In this document: positions 38,330-47,091 of the stretch, piece after piece
Layout: each line of letters opens with the position of its first letter
How positions within the stretch are numbered: the stretch's first letter is position 1
Source: Armatimonadota bacterium
GTDB taxonomy: Bacteria > Armatimonadota > SYMT01
Assembly (NCBI GenBank): GCA_046292385.1
Contig: JBKBRF010000018.1
Span: 55,446 to 119,445 of the forward strand
Direction: 5' to 3'
DNA length: 64,000 bases
Made by a program: the position numbers and the translations under genes
The notes under the pieces: model-generated
Told to the model about the DNA's origin: nothing
Seen by the model: the letters and a program-made list of their open reading frames with translations, nothing else
Databases searched by the model: none

Positions 38330-39622
38330 ATGAACCGCGCAGCCTCACAGGCACTCTTCGAGCGGGCCACGCGGCTCATCCCGGGCGGCGTGAACAGCCC
38401 GGTCCGCGCCTTCCGCTCCGTGGGCGGAAACCCGCTCTTCATCCGCGAAGCGCGCGGGGCGGTCCTGGTCGACGCCGACGGCAACGAGTACCTCGATTAC
38501 GTCGGCTCGTGGGGTCCCATGATCCTCGGCCACGCCCACCCACGGGTGCTGCAGGCGGTGCACGCGGCGGTCGACCGCGGCACCAGCTTTGGCGCGCCGA
38601 CCGAGCTGGAGGTGCAGCTCGCGGAGAAGATCGTCGCCGCGGTGCCCTCCGTGGAGGTGGTCCGGCTGGTCAACTCCGGCACGGAGGCGGTGATGTCCGC
38701 GCTGCGGCTGGCGCGCGGCTTCACCGGGCGGGACCGGATTCTGAAGTTCAACGGCTGCTACCACGGCCACTCGGACGGGCTGCTCAGCAGCGCGGGGTCC
38801 GGGCTCGCCACGCTCGGCATTCCGGACTGCCCCGGCGTCCCCGCCGCCTTCGCCTCGCTCACGACCAGCGTGCCGTTCAACGACCTCGACGCCGTTCGGG
38901 AGACGTTCCGGGAGGTCGGCGGCGAGATCGCGGCGGTGATCGTGGAGCCGGTGGCAGGCAACATGGGCTGCGTGCCGCCGGAGCCGGGCTTCCTGGAGGG
39001 CTTGCGGGAGATCACCGCGCAGCACGGCGCGCTGCTGGTGTTCGACGAGGTGATGACCGGCTTCCGCCTCGCCTACGGGGGCGCGCAGGAGCGGTTCGGC
39101 ATCACGCCGGACCTGACGACGCTCGGAAAGGTGGTCGGCGGCGGCTTCCCCCTGGCGGCGTACGGCGGCCGGCGGGAGATCATGCAGAAGATGGCGCCGG
39201 CCGGGCCGGTCTACCAGGCGGGGACGCTCTCCGGCAATCCGGTGGCGGTGAGCGCCGGGCTGGCGCAGCTCGAGCTCCTGGAAGACGGGACGGCCTATCC
39301 GCTGCTCGAGGCGCGCGGTCAGCAACTCGAAGACGGGCTTCGCGCGGCCGCGGCGGAGGCGGGAGTGCCGTGCGTGGTGAACCGGGTCGGCAGCATGATC
39401 ACCGGCTTCTTCACCGATCGGCCGGTCCGCCGCTACGAGGACGCCCGCACCTGCGACACGGAGCGGTTCGGCCGCTTCTTCCGCGCCATGCTCGACCGCG
39501 GCATCTACCTGGCGCCCAGCCAGTTCGAGGCGGCGTTCATCAGCACCGCGCACTCCGAGGCGGACATCCAGCGTACCGTGGACGCCGCGCGGGAGTGCCT
39601 CCGGGAGATCGCCGCCGGCTGA
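38330..39622 (+). CDS. hemL: Glutamate-1-semialdehyde 2,1-aminomutase
   Basis: PGGVNSPVRAF, SWGP, SGTEA, FDEVMTGFR, GKVVGGG, YQAGTLSGNP. Confidence 0.97.
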   Translation: MNRAASQALFERATRLIPGGVNSPVRAFRSVGGNPLFIREARGAVLVDADGNEYLDYVGSWGPMILGHAHPRVLQAVHAAVDRGTSFGAPTELEVQLAEKIVAAVPSVEVVRLVNSGTEAVMSALRLARGFTGRDRILKFNGCYHGHSDGLLSSAGSGLATLGIPDCPGVPAAFASLTTSVPFNDLDAVRETFREVGGEIAAVIVEPVAGNMGCVPPEPGFLEGLREITAQHGALLVFDEVMTGFRLAYGGAQERFGITPDLTTLGKVVGGGFPLAAYGGRREIMQKMAPAGPVYQAGTLSGNPVAVSAGLAQLELLEDGTAYPLLEARGQQLEDGLRAAAAEAGVPCVVNRVGSMITGFFTDRPVRRYEDARTCDTERFGRFFRAMLDRGIYLAPSQFEAAFISTAHSEADIQRTVDAARECLREIAAG

Positions 39623-39690
39623 ATCCGTTGATCGGCGGGAGTTGACTCCCGCCGGAACCAGGATCGGTAGTTTGCGGGTGGGCGGGAAGT

Positions 39691-39908
39691 GCTACCGGAG
39701 TCGCGCCTCGGACTGAAGTCGAGGCTACAGAGAGCGAAGCCCGCCTGCGCGGGCTCAGTTCTGCCGCCCCCACAGCCTCGCTGAACTTACGTCGCTCCCC
39801 TTCCCGGACCTGTGGCCAAGCGTCCTCGGGACGCCGGAGCCGGGCCCATCTGAGTGCCCGGAGGGGCACTTCGTGCCGTGGTTGCCGCGGTTTCAACCGC
39901 CCGGTAGC
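39691..39908. repeat. Complete REP-like family A doublet (REPIN-like)
   Basis: Left half matches 27396-27497 and right half matches 7748-7862; flanked by GCTACCGG / CCGGTAGC. Confidence 0.8.
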
Positions 39909-39959
39909 TACCATGCGACTAATCGGTGAGCTATCGTAACTCCCGGACTTCCTCAACAC

Positions 39960-39999
39960 GAAAGGCCGAGGCAGGTAAACCGCCTCGGCCTTTCTCTTT
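39960..39999. terminator. Bidirectional terminator between hemL and the sigma factor gene
   Basis: GAAAGGCCGAGGC-AGGTAAACC-GCCTCGGCCTTTC then TCTTT. Confidence 0.75.
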
Positions 40000-40023
40000 A
40001 TAGTGAACGCGCTCGCTCGGCGG

Positions 40024-40623
40024 TTACGCCGCCAGGGCCAGGGCGTCGTCCTCCAGCCGCTCCCGCAGCTTTCGGAAGATCGCCTTCTCCCGGGAGTAGA
40101 CCCCCTGCCGGGTCAATCCGAGGTCGCGCGCGATGTTCTCTACGTTCTCGCCGTCCAGGTAGTGGCGGCGGATCAACTGCTGCTGCTCCGGCTCCAGCGT
40201 GTTCAGCGCCGATTCCAGCGCCACCTGGCGCTCCGTCTGGAGCAGCGTCCGCTCCACGTTCTCATCCGCCGGCACCTGGTCCACGAACCGGTCTTCGCCC
40301 CCATCATCCTTACCGCCGGAGATGAGCGAATCGAGGCTGAGTGTCACCTGCTCGCGCTCTGGGCGCCACTCGCGGTTCACCCCACGAATGATCATCCGCT
40401 CGATCGCGCGGCAGGCCAGGGTGGAGAACGACGTGTTCCGGGACGTGTCGAATGCGCGGGCCGCGTTGACGAGGCCCAGCATACCCCACGCGACCAGATC
40501 GTCGCGCTCCATATTCCCCACGTAGTACCGCTTCAGGTAGCGGTTGACCATGTACTCCACCAGCTTACGGTTGTCGTTTACCAGCTTTTCGACTTCCGCT
40601 TCACTCCGCATCGGCTGTTTCAT
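40024..40623 (-). CDS. Alternative sigma-70 family RNA polymerase sigma factor
   Basis: Region 2 DDLVAWGMLGLVNAARAFD...FSTLA; region 4 HTH IARDLGLTRQGVYSRE; start at ATG 40623. Confidence 0.9.
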   Translation of the reverse strand: MKQPMRSEAEVEKLVNDNRKLVEYMVNRYLKRYYVGNMERDDLVAWGMLGLVNAARAFDTSRNTSFSTLACRAIERMIIRGVNREWRPEREQVTLSLDSLISGGKDDGGEDRFVDQVPADENVERTLLQTERQVALESALNTLEPEQQQLIRRHYLDGENVENIARDLGLTRQGVYSREKAIFRKLRERLEDDALALAA

Positions 40624-40826
40624 TGCTTCGTGTTTCCTGCTTTTATCTCGCTCGGCCGGCAAACTGGCGCCAGGGCCTCTACCCCTCGGTTTCATTGTTC
40701 CACTAGAGTTTACACTGAAGCAGTAGCAAAAGTAAAGTGCTATCAGAACGCAGGCGCAGACTTTCTGCGGGCGTTTGCACGCGGCCAGTAAGGGTGGGTA
40801 AGATACTGAACGGAGGAAGCGTGCGT

Positions 40827-41249
40827 ATGTCACCCGGTAGTGAGGGCGGTGGGATCGATTATTGTCCCATCGCGGCGACGCTGGACCTGCTCACCGGCAA
40901 GTGGACGCTCCACATCCTGCGGGAGCTGATGGACGGCCGGAAGCGGTTCAACGAGATGAGTCGTGCGTTGGGCTGCTGCAGCTCCCGCACGCTCTGCGCG
41001 CGGCTGCGCGCGCTGGAAGAGGAAGGTATCCTCGTCCGCGAGGTGAAGAACACGATCCCCCCCTGGGTGGAGTATGAGCTCACCGAGAAGGGCCAGGCGC
41101 TCAACGCGGTGATCGACAGCATCGTGCTCTGGGGCAACCGCTACATGCTGGACAAGTGCGCCTCCGGCTGGAAGCACGCCGTGAGCGACGATCACCCGGA
41201 GACGGAGACCCCCAACGGCTGCTGCGTGGAGGACGTTACCGAGGAGTAA
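40827..41249 (+). CDS. HxlR-family winged-helix regulator, Cys-rich
   Basis: CPIAATLDLLTGKW, RF, PPWVEYELTEKG; GGAGG RBS. Confidence 0.92.
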   Translation: MSPGSEGGGIDYCPIAATLDLLTGKWTLHILRELMDGRKRFNEMSRALGCCSSRTLCARLRALEEEGILVREVKNTIPPWVEYELTEKGQALNAVIDSIVLWGNRYMLDKCASGWKHAVSDDHPETETPNGCCVEDVTEE

Positions 41250-41302
41250 CGGATTCTGTCGGAGTCGGTGTGCTGCCGCGCGGAGACGGGGGTTGGCGGT
41301 TG

Positions 41303-41452
41303 GCGTATTGCGTATCGCGTATTCCGTAGCGGCGGGCTTCCTTCGCTCCACCATAAGCCACTGCCGGGCGAGACGCTGTGAAGCGCTTCGCCCGGCACGA
41401 CGTTCTGTGGAACGGGATCAGCGCCTCGCTACGGAATACGGAATACGCAATA
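41303..41452. repeat. Family B palindromic element (heptamer-tailed)
   Basis: CGTATTG CGTATCG CGTATTC CGTAGCG ... TGCCGGGCGAGACGCT / AGCGCTTCGCCCGGCA ... CGCTACG GAATACG GAATACG CAATA. Confidence 0.85.
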
Positions 41453-41457
41453 GCCCC

Positions 41458-42984
41458 CTACCGACCCCGCTCCGCATGCACGACCACCCCCGCACCCTCG
41501 GAAGAAGCGGCGACCGGCAGACACGCCTTCCAGCCTCCGTTGAGCAGCGCCCGCAGCTCCTGCAGCGTCTCCGCGTACTCCGGCTTACCGGCTACGTTGA
41601 CATTCTCCCCTGGGTCGCTCTCGTGGTCGTACAGCTCGTGCCGCACGTGCGTCCGGTCGGCGTTGGCCCACTCGACCAGGCGATAGCGGTCGGTGCGCAC
41701 GGTGTAGCCCATCAGCTCCCCTACCCCGCGCGGTGAGCGAGGGTACTGGCTGATAGCACCCTTCTTCCACGCGCGGTCCGGATTGCGGAGCAGCGGCAGG
41801 AAGCTTGTCCCCTCCATCCCGGCCTGCCGCGGCAGGCCGCACGCCTCCACCAGGCTGGGGTAGATGTCGACCATCTCCACCAGCGCCCGGGTGCGGCTCC
41901 CGGCGGTCTCCTGCCCCGGGACGGAGAGGAGCAGCGGCGCGCGGGTGGAGGTCTCGTAATTGGTGTGCTTGCACCACATCCCGTGCTCGCCGAGCTGCCA
42001 GCCGTGGTCGCCCCAGAGCACGACCACCGTGCGCTCCCGCAGCTTGAGCCGGTCCAGCGCCTGCAGCACCCGCCCGACCTGCGCGTCCATGTAGCTGACG
42101 CTGGCGTAGTAGCCGTGGACCATCTTCCGCGCCTGCGCATCCGAGAGCGGGCCCTGCGCCGGGATTCCGTAGTAGGCGCGCAGCTCGCCGGAGTTGTGGA
42201 CGGCGTAGGCCGGCGCGCCGTCCGGGGCCTGGTCGTTCGCGGCCGGCTGCATCTGTTCCGGGCGGTGGAGGTCCCAGTACTTCTTCGGCGCCACGAACGG
42301 CAGGTGCGGCTTGAGGAAGCCGACCGCAAGAAAGAAGGGCCGGTCCCTCAACCGCTCCAGCGTCTCCACCGCCTGGCGGGCGATGCTGCCGTCGTTCAGG
42401 TAGTCGTCCTCTACCTCCGGCGCCTCCCACGGCAGTCCGCGGGCGCGGTCCGGGTCCCGCCCGGCTTTCCGGAGCTCGTCCCGCTGTCGAGTCAGCACCT
42501 TCTGACCTTCCGGGCCGAACTGCCGCCCGCCCCGGGGCAGGGTCGGGGCGCTCCACGACTTCTCGTCATCGACGCCGGGATGGTAGACCTTGCCGACTGC
42601 CTGCGTGAAGTAGCCCTGGCTCTTGAAGTGCTGCGGCAGCGTCACCACGTCCGGCAGCGCCTTGCGGAAGTGGGTCTGGAGATCGTAGACGCGGGTGGTG
42701 TCCGGCCGTCGTCCGGTGAGCACGGACGTGCGGGAGGGGCTGCAGACCGCCTGCTGCACGTACGCCCGCTCGAAAAGCAGCCCCTCTTTCGCCAACCGGT
42801 CGATGTTCGGCGTCTTCGCCAGCGGGTCGCCGTAGCTGCCGAGCTGCGGGCGGAGGTCGTCGACCGTGATGAAGAGCACGTTGTAGCGCGGCGCCGCGGA
42901 GGCCGGGGTTCGCGAGAACCCGACGACCACCGCGGCAGCGAGCGCGAACAGGAACGGGACGAGACGCCGGGCAGCGGACTTCAT
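41458..42984 (-). CDS. Sulfatase (iduronate-2-sulfatase-like), secreted
   Basis: NVLFITVDDL, CSPSR, GKVYH, KPHLPF, GDHG. Confidence 0.93.
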   Translation of the reverse strand: MKSAARRLVPFLFALAAAVVVGFSRTPASAAPRYNVLFITVDDLRPQLGSYGDPLAKTPNIDRLAKEGLLFERAYVQQAVCSPSRTSVLTGRRPDTTRVYDLQTHFRKALPDVVTLPQHFKSQGYFTQAVGKVYHPGVDDEKSWSAPTLPRGGRQFGPEGQKVLTRQRDELRKAGRDPDRARGLPWEAPEVEDDYLNDGSIARQAVETLERLRDRPFFLAVGFLKPHLPFVAPKKYWDLHRPEQMQPAANDQAPDGAPAYAVHNSGELRAYYGIPAQGPLSDAQARKMVHGYYASVSYMDAQVGRVLQALDRLKLRERTVVVLWGDHGWQLGEHGMWCKHTNYETSTRAPLLLSVPGQETAGSRTRALVEMVDIYPSLVEACGLPRQAGMEGTSFLPLLRNPDRAWKKGAISQYPRSPRGVGELMGYTVRTDRYRLVEWANADRTHVRHELYDHESDPGENVNVAGKPEYAETLQELRALLNGGWKACLPVAASSEGAGVVVHAERGR

Positions 42985-43198
42985 GGGTGGACCGATTCTG
43001 GGTTGGCGGAGCGCAATCGCAATTCTCCTTCGCCGGAGCGCAAGCCCGGCACCGCCTGACGCAGGGGCGGGGAGGAGCTGCCAGCGCTCCTCCCGGCATC
43101 ACTCTAGCGCAGGGTGCGAAGGCCTGTCGCTGCGGGATCCGGGATACGCCCTCTCTGAGGACCCCAGGCGGGTACCCACGTTCCAACGGATCGCCGCA

Positions 43199-45229
43199 CT
43201 ACGGCGAGGGGGGCATCATCGGTCGGTTCACGCGGGGAACGGTCACGGGTACCGTCTTCGCCGGCTGCTCGTTTCCAGCCACGTGGTAGCGGAACTGGTA
43301 GCTGTCCAGTAACTTGGGCGGCCCCGCGGGCACCAATGGGCTCCCGGTGCCGAGCTTCGGCGTGCGGAGCTGGCCATCGGCTCCGGCGAACCCCTGGACG
43401 ATGATCCGCGACATTCCTTCGTCGCCTTCGCTGGTGTAGGCCTGCTGCTGCATCTCTCGTACCGAGAGGCTGAAGCCGCCGCTGGCAAGGTCGCCAGGTG
43501 TGGCCTCCTGCGGATCGCTGGCGAACACCGGCCCCGCCGGCTGGGAATGGAAGGCGGCGGTGAAACCCCCCGCCTGCAGCGGAGAGAGCTGCTGGACCGG
43601 AAGAATACCGCCGTTCAACACTACCTGCCGCTGCTGGGGGAGCAGCGACGCCCAGAACCGCAGGTGGTGCCGCCCGTCGAAGAACCCCCAGGGGCGGGTC
43701 GGCTGCTCGATGCCGGTCCCTTCCAGATACCAGGTCCAGAGCGTGTCGAGCCCGCTTGCCTGGGCATCGGTCAGCGCGGCGGCAAACTGGGCCAGGTCGT
43801 CAAGCCGCACCGCGCCCGCCGCGAGCACGCGCTCCCACCACGGGGTCAGGATCCGCGCCGGCACCTCCATCGGGCGGTCGTAGAACCAGGTACTGCTCCG
43901 GAGGATCAGCAGCTTGCCTTCTTTCGACCACTCGTACCCCAGGTCGTGAGCGATCGCATCCAGGACTTCCACCACCGGCTTCTTGCCGGACAGGCGCAAC
44001 CGGGCTCGGGTGTAAGCATCGGCGAGGACCTCCAGGCCGGTCTCCTGGTGAATCCGGCTCAGCACGGCGGCCAGGGGGGTGCCGCCCGGGGGCGGCCCGT
44101 CGCCCAGCACGATGACCGGGCGGATACCGTCCCTGCGCGGGAGTGCGGGAGCCGCGCCGAGGTCGATCATTTTCTTCAGATCCGGATCGTCCGTCTCGGT
44201 CTTCTGCCGGTTATCGGACAGATCCGGGTCCGAGAGAGACGGAGACCAGACCACCGGAAACGAGGAGCGCCGGCCGTTTCCGTCGCCCCTAAGGCTGCTG
44301 AGCATAAACTCCAGCCGCAGGGACGGCGTGCCGGGAGTAAAGCGTGGGAACCGGGTGCCGGTGTTCTGGGACAGCTTGATCACCGCGGCCGCCTCGACCG
44401 GGAGCAGGTTCTCGGGTGAGAACGGGGCGGCCCCGCCTCCGGTGCCAGGGGCCGGCGCGGCGAGACCGAGTACCCGCACCTCCCCGCTCGTGCGCATCTC
44501 GTCGGCTGCCTGGTGGACGAGATCGGCCAGCCCGGGTGCGAGCCCAGCGCCTACGATCGAGAGCTCACCGCTGCCCAGGAGGGCGGCTGACTGCGGCGGC
44601 GTGAGGCCGCGCCAGAGGGCGGCACACGCCGCCGCCCCGGGGCGCATCGCCGCGCGGAGACTTTCCAGCTCGTCCTGCAGCGCCGCGCGCTCTTCCGGCG
44701 CGGCATCCCGAGCTTTCCGATCCAGCTCGTTCATCCGAGTCATCAGTTGTTCGCGCGGCATGCCCACAAGCTGCGCCACCCGCTCCATCTGCTCCTGGAT
44801 CCGGGCGAGCTGCCGGCTGCGATCGGCCTCCCGGAGGGCCGCCTCCCGCCGCTTCGCCCCGGCGTTCTGCGTCAGCTCGTAGCCGTCTCGCGCGCGGTAC
44901 CACTGGTAATCGAAGTGCTCGCTCAGGCGGGTCAGCACCTCCGCCGCGGGCCGGTCCTTTACCAGCAGCGTCACCTCTTCATCGGCGGTATCCCCGGTGG
45001 TGACGAGCCGCAGCTTGAGCCGCTTACTCAGGTCCGACAGCGCGTCCCGCAGCGGCGTCTCCCGGAGCTCTACGGAGATCTTCTCCTGAAGCCGGGAGTC
45101 CCGCGCCATCGCCGCCGCGCCCGGATCCCGTGCCGCCTGGGGAGCACGCACCTGCTGTGCGCTCACAGGTAGAGCGAAGAGCAATCCCGCAGCGAGCGCC
45201 GCGGCACAGAGCGACCATCGACGGTTCAT
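43199..45229 (-). CDS. Secreted hypothetical protein with STN/secretin-N-like domains
   Basis: Signal peptide MNRRWSLCAAALAAG; LQEKISVELRETPLRDALSDL pattern repeated near PLAAVLSRI. Confidence 0.7.
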   Translation of the reverse strand: MNRRWSLCAAALAAGLLFALPVSAQQVRAPQAARDPGAAAMARDSRLQEKISVELRETPLRDALSDLSKRLKLRLVTTGDTADEEVTLLVKDRPAAEVLTRLSEHFDYQWYRARDGYELTQNAGAKRREAALREADRSRQLARIQEQMERVAQLVGMPREQLMTRMNELDRKARDAAPEERAALQDELESLRAAMRPGAAACAALWRGLTPPQSAALLGSGELSIVGAGLAPGLADLVHQAADEMRTSGEVRVLGLAAPAPGTGGGAAPFSPENLLPVEAAAVIKLSQNTGTRFPRFTPGTPSLRLEFMLSSLRGDGNGRRSSFPVVWSPSLSDPDLSDNRQKTETDDPDLKKMIDLGAAPALPRRDGIRPVIVLGDGPPPGGTPLAAVLSRIHQETGLEVLADAYTRARLRLSGKKPVVEVLDAIAHDLGYEWSKEGKLLILRSSTWFYDRPMEVPARILTPWWERVLAAGAVRLDDLAQFAAALTDAQASGLDTLWTWYLEGTGIEQPTRPWGFFDGRHHLRFWASLLPQQRQVVLNGGILPVQQLSPLQAGGFTAAFHSQPAGPVFASDPQEATPGDLASGGFSLSVREMQQQAYTSEGDEGMSRIIVQGFAGADGQLRTPKLGTGSPLVPAGPPKLLDSYQFRYHVAGNEQPAKTVPVTVPRVNRPMMPPSP

Positions 45230-45252
45230 CGTCCCTCCCTCCACCAGGTGAT

Positions 45253-45405
45253 GTGTAACAAAAGGGATAGGGAGATGGAGCTGGAGATCTGGGGATGGCT
45301 CTGCCTGATGCGGCTCACCCGATGTGAAGTCGCACCGCGACCGGCTCGCCTGCCCCGATTCCATCCCCTTATCTCCAATCCATCCCGTTAGCCCTTTTCT
45401 TACAC
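45253..45405. repeat. ~150-bp element with ~46-bp imperfect terminal inverted repeats
   Basis: GTGTAACAAAAGGGATAGGGAGATGG...GGGGATGG versus reverse complement of CCATCCCC...CCCTTTTCTTACAC. Confidence 0.6.
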
Positions 45406-45503
45406 GGCTCTGTCGCACAGCCAGGCAGCCGCGCGCCTCCTCCGGCTTAGACGCAGTGGAGGCCATTTCCGGATCAGCTTTCTTTGAGGGGGATCTCCGC
45501 GAT

Positions 45504-46076
45504 CTATTTGTACGGGGTACGCATGCCGCGGCGGAAGATGGTGGCGAACGCGCGCAGGATATCGAGCGGGTAGAGCAGGATGCTTCGCCGCCGCGGGGTC
45601 GCGCCGGGGTCCCCGCGGAGGAAGCTGATGAGACCGTCGGCGCGGACGCGGGTGACCATGCTGTCGAGCGAGCGGTAGCGGACCCGCAGCCCGGGGTCGA
45701 GCGCGAAGACCGCCGGGTGCGCGATGCCGCCGTGCTCCCGCTCGTTGAGCAGCCCCCACCCGCGTACCACCTCTCGCCGGGTGTCGCACAGCACGGGAAA
45801 CGGGAGGCTCAGCGACTGCCGCATCGGCTCCGCGCGCTCCGGCGGGTCAACGGAGATGGCGACCACCTCCGCCCCCAGCGCCTGGAGCTCGCCGTAGCGG
45901 TCCCGGTACTCCGCCAACTGGCGGAGGCAGAACGGTCACCAGGCGCCGCGGTAGAAGATCACCACCAGCGTGCGGCCCGCCGCGATCTCCGAAAGGCTGC
46001 GAAGCTGCCCCGTGCTGTCCCTGAGGCTGGCGTCTTCGACCCGAGATCCGACCTCCGGTATCACCCCGTTTTCCAT
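45504..46076 (-). CDS. Selenocysteine-containing peroxiredoxin-like (AhpC/TSA) protein, UxxC motif, 190 aa
   Basis: ATG 46076 (RBS GGGAGAG) reads MENGVIPEVG...VIFYRGAW-TGA-PFCLRQLAEY...VVAISVD...HPAVF, in frame with ORF 45504..45917. TGA is codon 47. Confidence 0.88.
45903..45935 (-). promoter_or_regulatory. Bacterial SECIS-like hairpin
   Basis: CTCCGCC-AGTT-GGCGGAG (45926-45909); the loop starts 16 nt after the UGA and has G in its second position. Confidence 0.7.
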
Positions 46077-46182
46077 AAGCTCTCCCGGCACCGAGTGGTC
46101 GTGTCCTGTTGAAGTGCCGCTCTCAGCTTATCCGCGGCCAGCTCCCTTCGGACGCGCGCGACGACACCGGCGAGGCGCTTAC

Positions 46183-46233
46183 TTTAGCCTTCTGCCTTTT
46201 GCCTTTAGCCTTTTGCCTTTAGCCTTTTGCCTT
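46183..46233. repeat. Heptamer tandem repeat (about 7 x TTTWGCC-like)
   Basis: TTTAGCC TTCTGCC TTTTGCC TTTAGCC TTTTGCC TTTAGCC TTTTGCC. Confidence 0.9.
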
Positions 46234-46922
46234 TAGGAGGTTCGCTGCGGCTTCGGATCGCCGCGGTGGGCCAGGTGCCCGGGCTCGGCGACCGGCTTTT
46301 CCACCGGCCGGTGGGCGACCTTTCGGAGGCGTGCGGGGGCCTCATGGCGCCACCGTTCCCGGTACCGCTCTCCGAAGAGCTTGAATCCGAGGGCGGACCA
46401 CCAGTTCGGAAAGTCGCCCAGGCGCCAGTGCGCCTCGATCTTGAAGCGCACCTCGCCGGTCGCGTGGTCCTTCGTCAGGTAGAACCACTCGTACCCGCGC
46501 TCGATGTGGCCGTCTAGCGTGTCGTACCGGAATCCGAAGACGGTCTGGTCGTCCTTCGTCTCCTCGCGGATGCTGTGCACGCGCACACCGGAGAGGAACC
46601 GGAAGCCCAGCACCTTCAGCTCCAGCAGCATGTTGCGGCCGACGAACGGCGCGTTCGGATCGAAGTGACCTTCCACGATGCACGGATCGGAGAAGTCGTA
46701 GTTCATCAACCCCTGGCGCGCGCGGGCGAAGATACCGTCGGGCAGAGGCGGGCCTGGCGGCTCTCGGCCGATCACCTCTTCGGTGCCGTCGACCGTCCAC
46801 CCGTGCTCCGGTTCCATCTCCGCTACCGGGGTCTCGAAGTTCACCTTCCGGTGCGACAGCTCCGAGAGGTAGTACTTCATGGTCTCCTCGGTCCAGCCGC
46901 TCCCGAAGCGCCACAGCGCCAT
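46233..46922 (-). CDS. DUF1990 family protein
   Basis: FARARQGLMNYDF, FGFRYDTLDGHIERGYEWF. Confidence 0.8.
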   Translation of the reverse strand: MALWRFGSGWTEETMKYYLSELSHRKVNFETPVAEMEPEHGWTVDGTEEVIGREPPGPPLPDGIFARARQGLMNYDFSDPCIVEGHFDPNAPFVGRNMLLELKVLGFRFLSGVRVHSIREETKDDQTVFGFRYDTLDGHIERGYEWFYLTKDHATGEVRFKIEAHWRLGDFPNWWSALGFKLFGERYRERWRHEAPARLRKVAHRPVEKPVAEPGHLAHRGDPKPQRTS

Positions 46923-47030
46923 CCGCTCCCCCCTCCTCCGGTATCTGTCGGGCCTGCGCCCGATACTCCGTTGAGGAGTTACCCGGATTCGGCCCTTACT
47001 CCAGCATCTACCAGGTGGGCTCCAAAACGC

Positions 47031-47069
47031 AAAGGGGGCAGGGCGCCTCTCCGACGCACCCTGCCCCCT
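47031..47069 (-). terminator. Probable terminator of the GQGF-repeat gene
   Basis: AGGGGGCAGGG / CCCTGCCCCCT stem with a T-run on the minus strand. Confidence 0.55.
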
Positions 47070-47091
47070 CTCGCCAGGTCTGCCCGACGGA

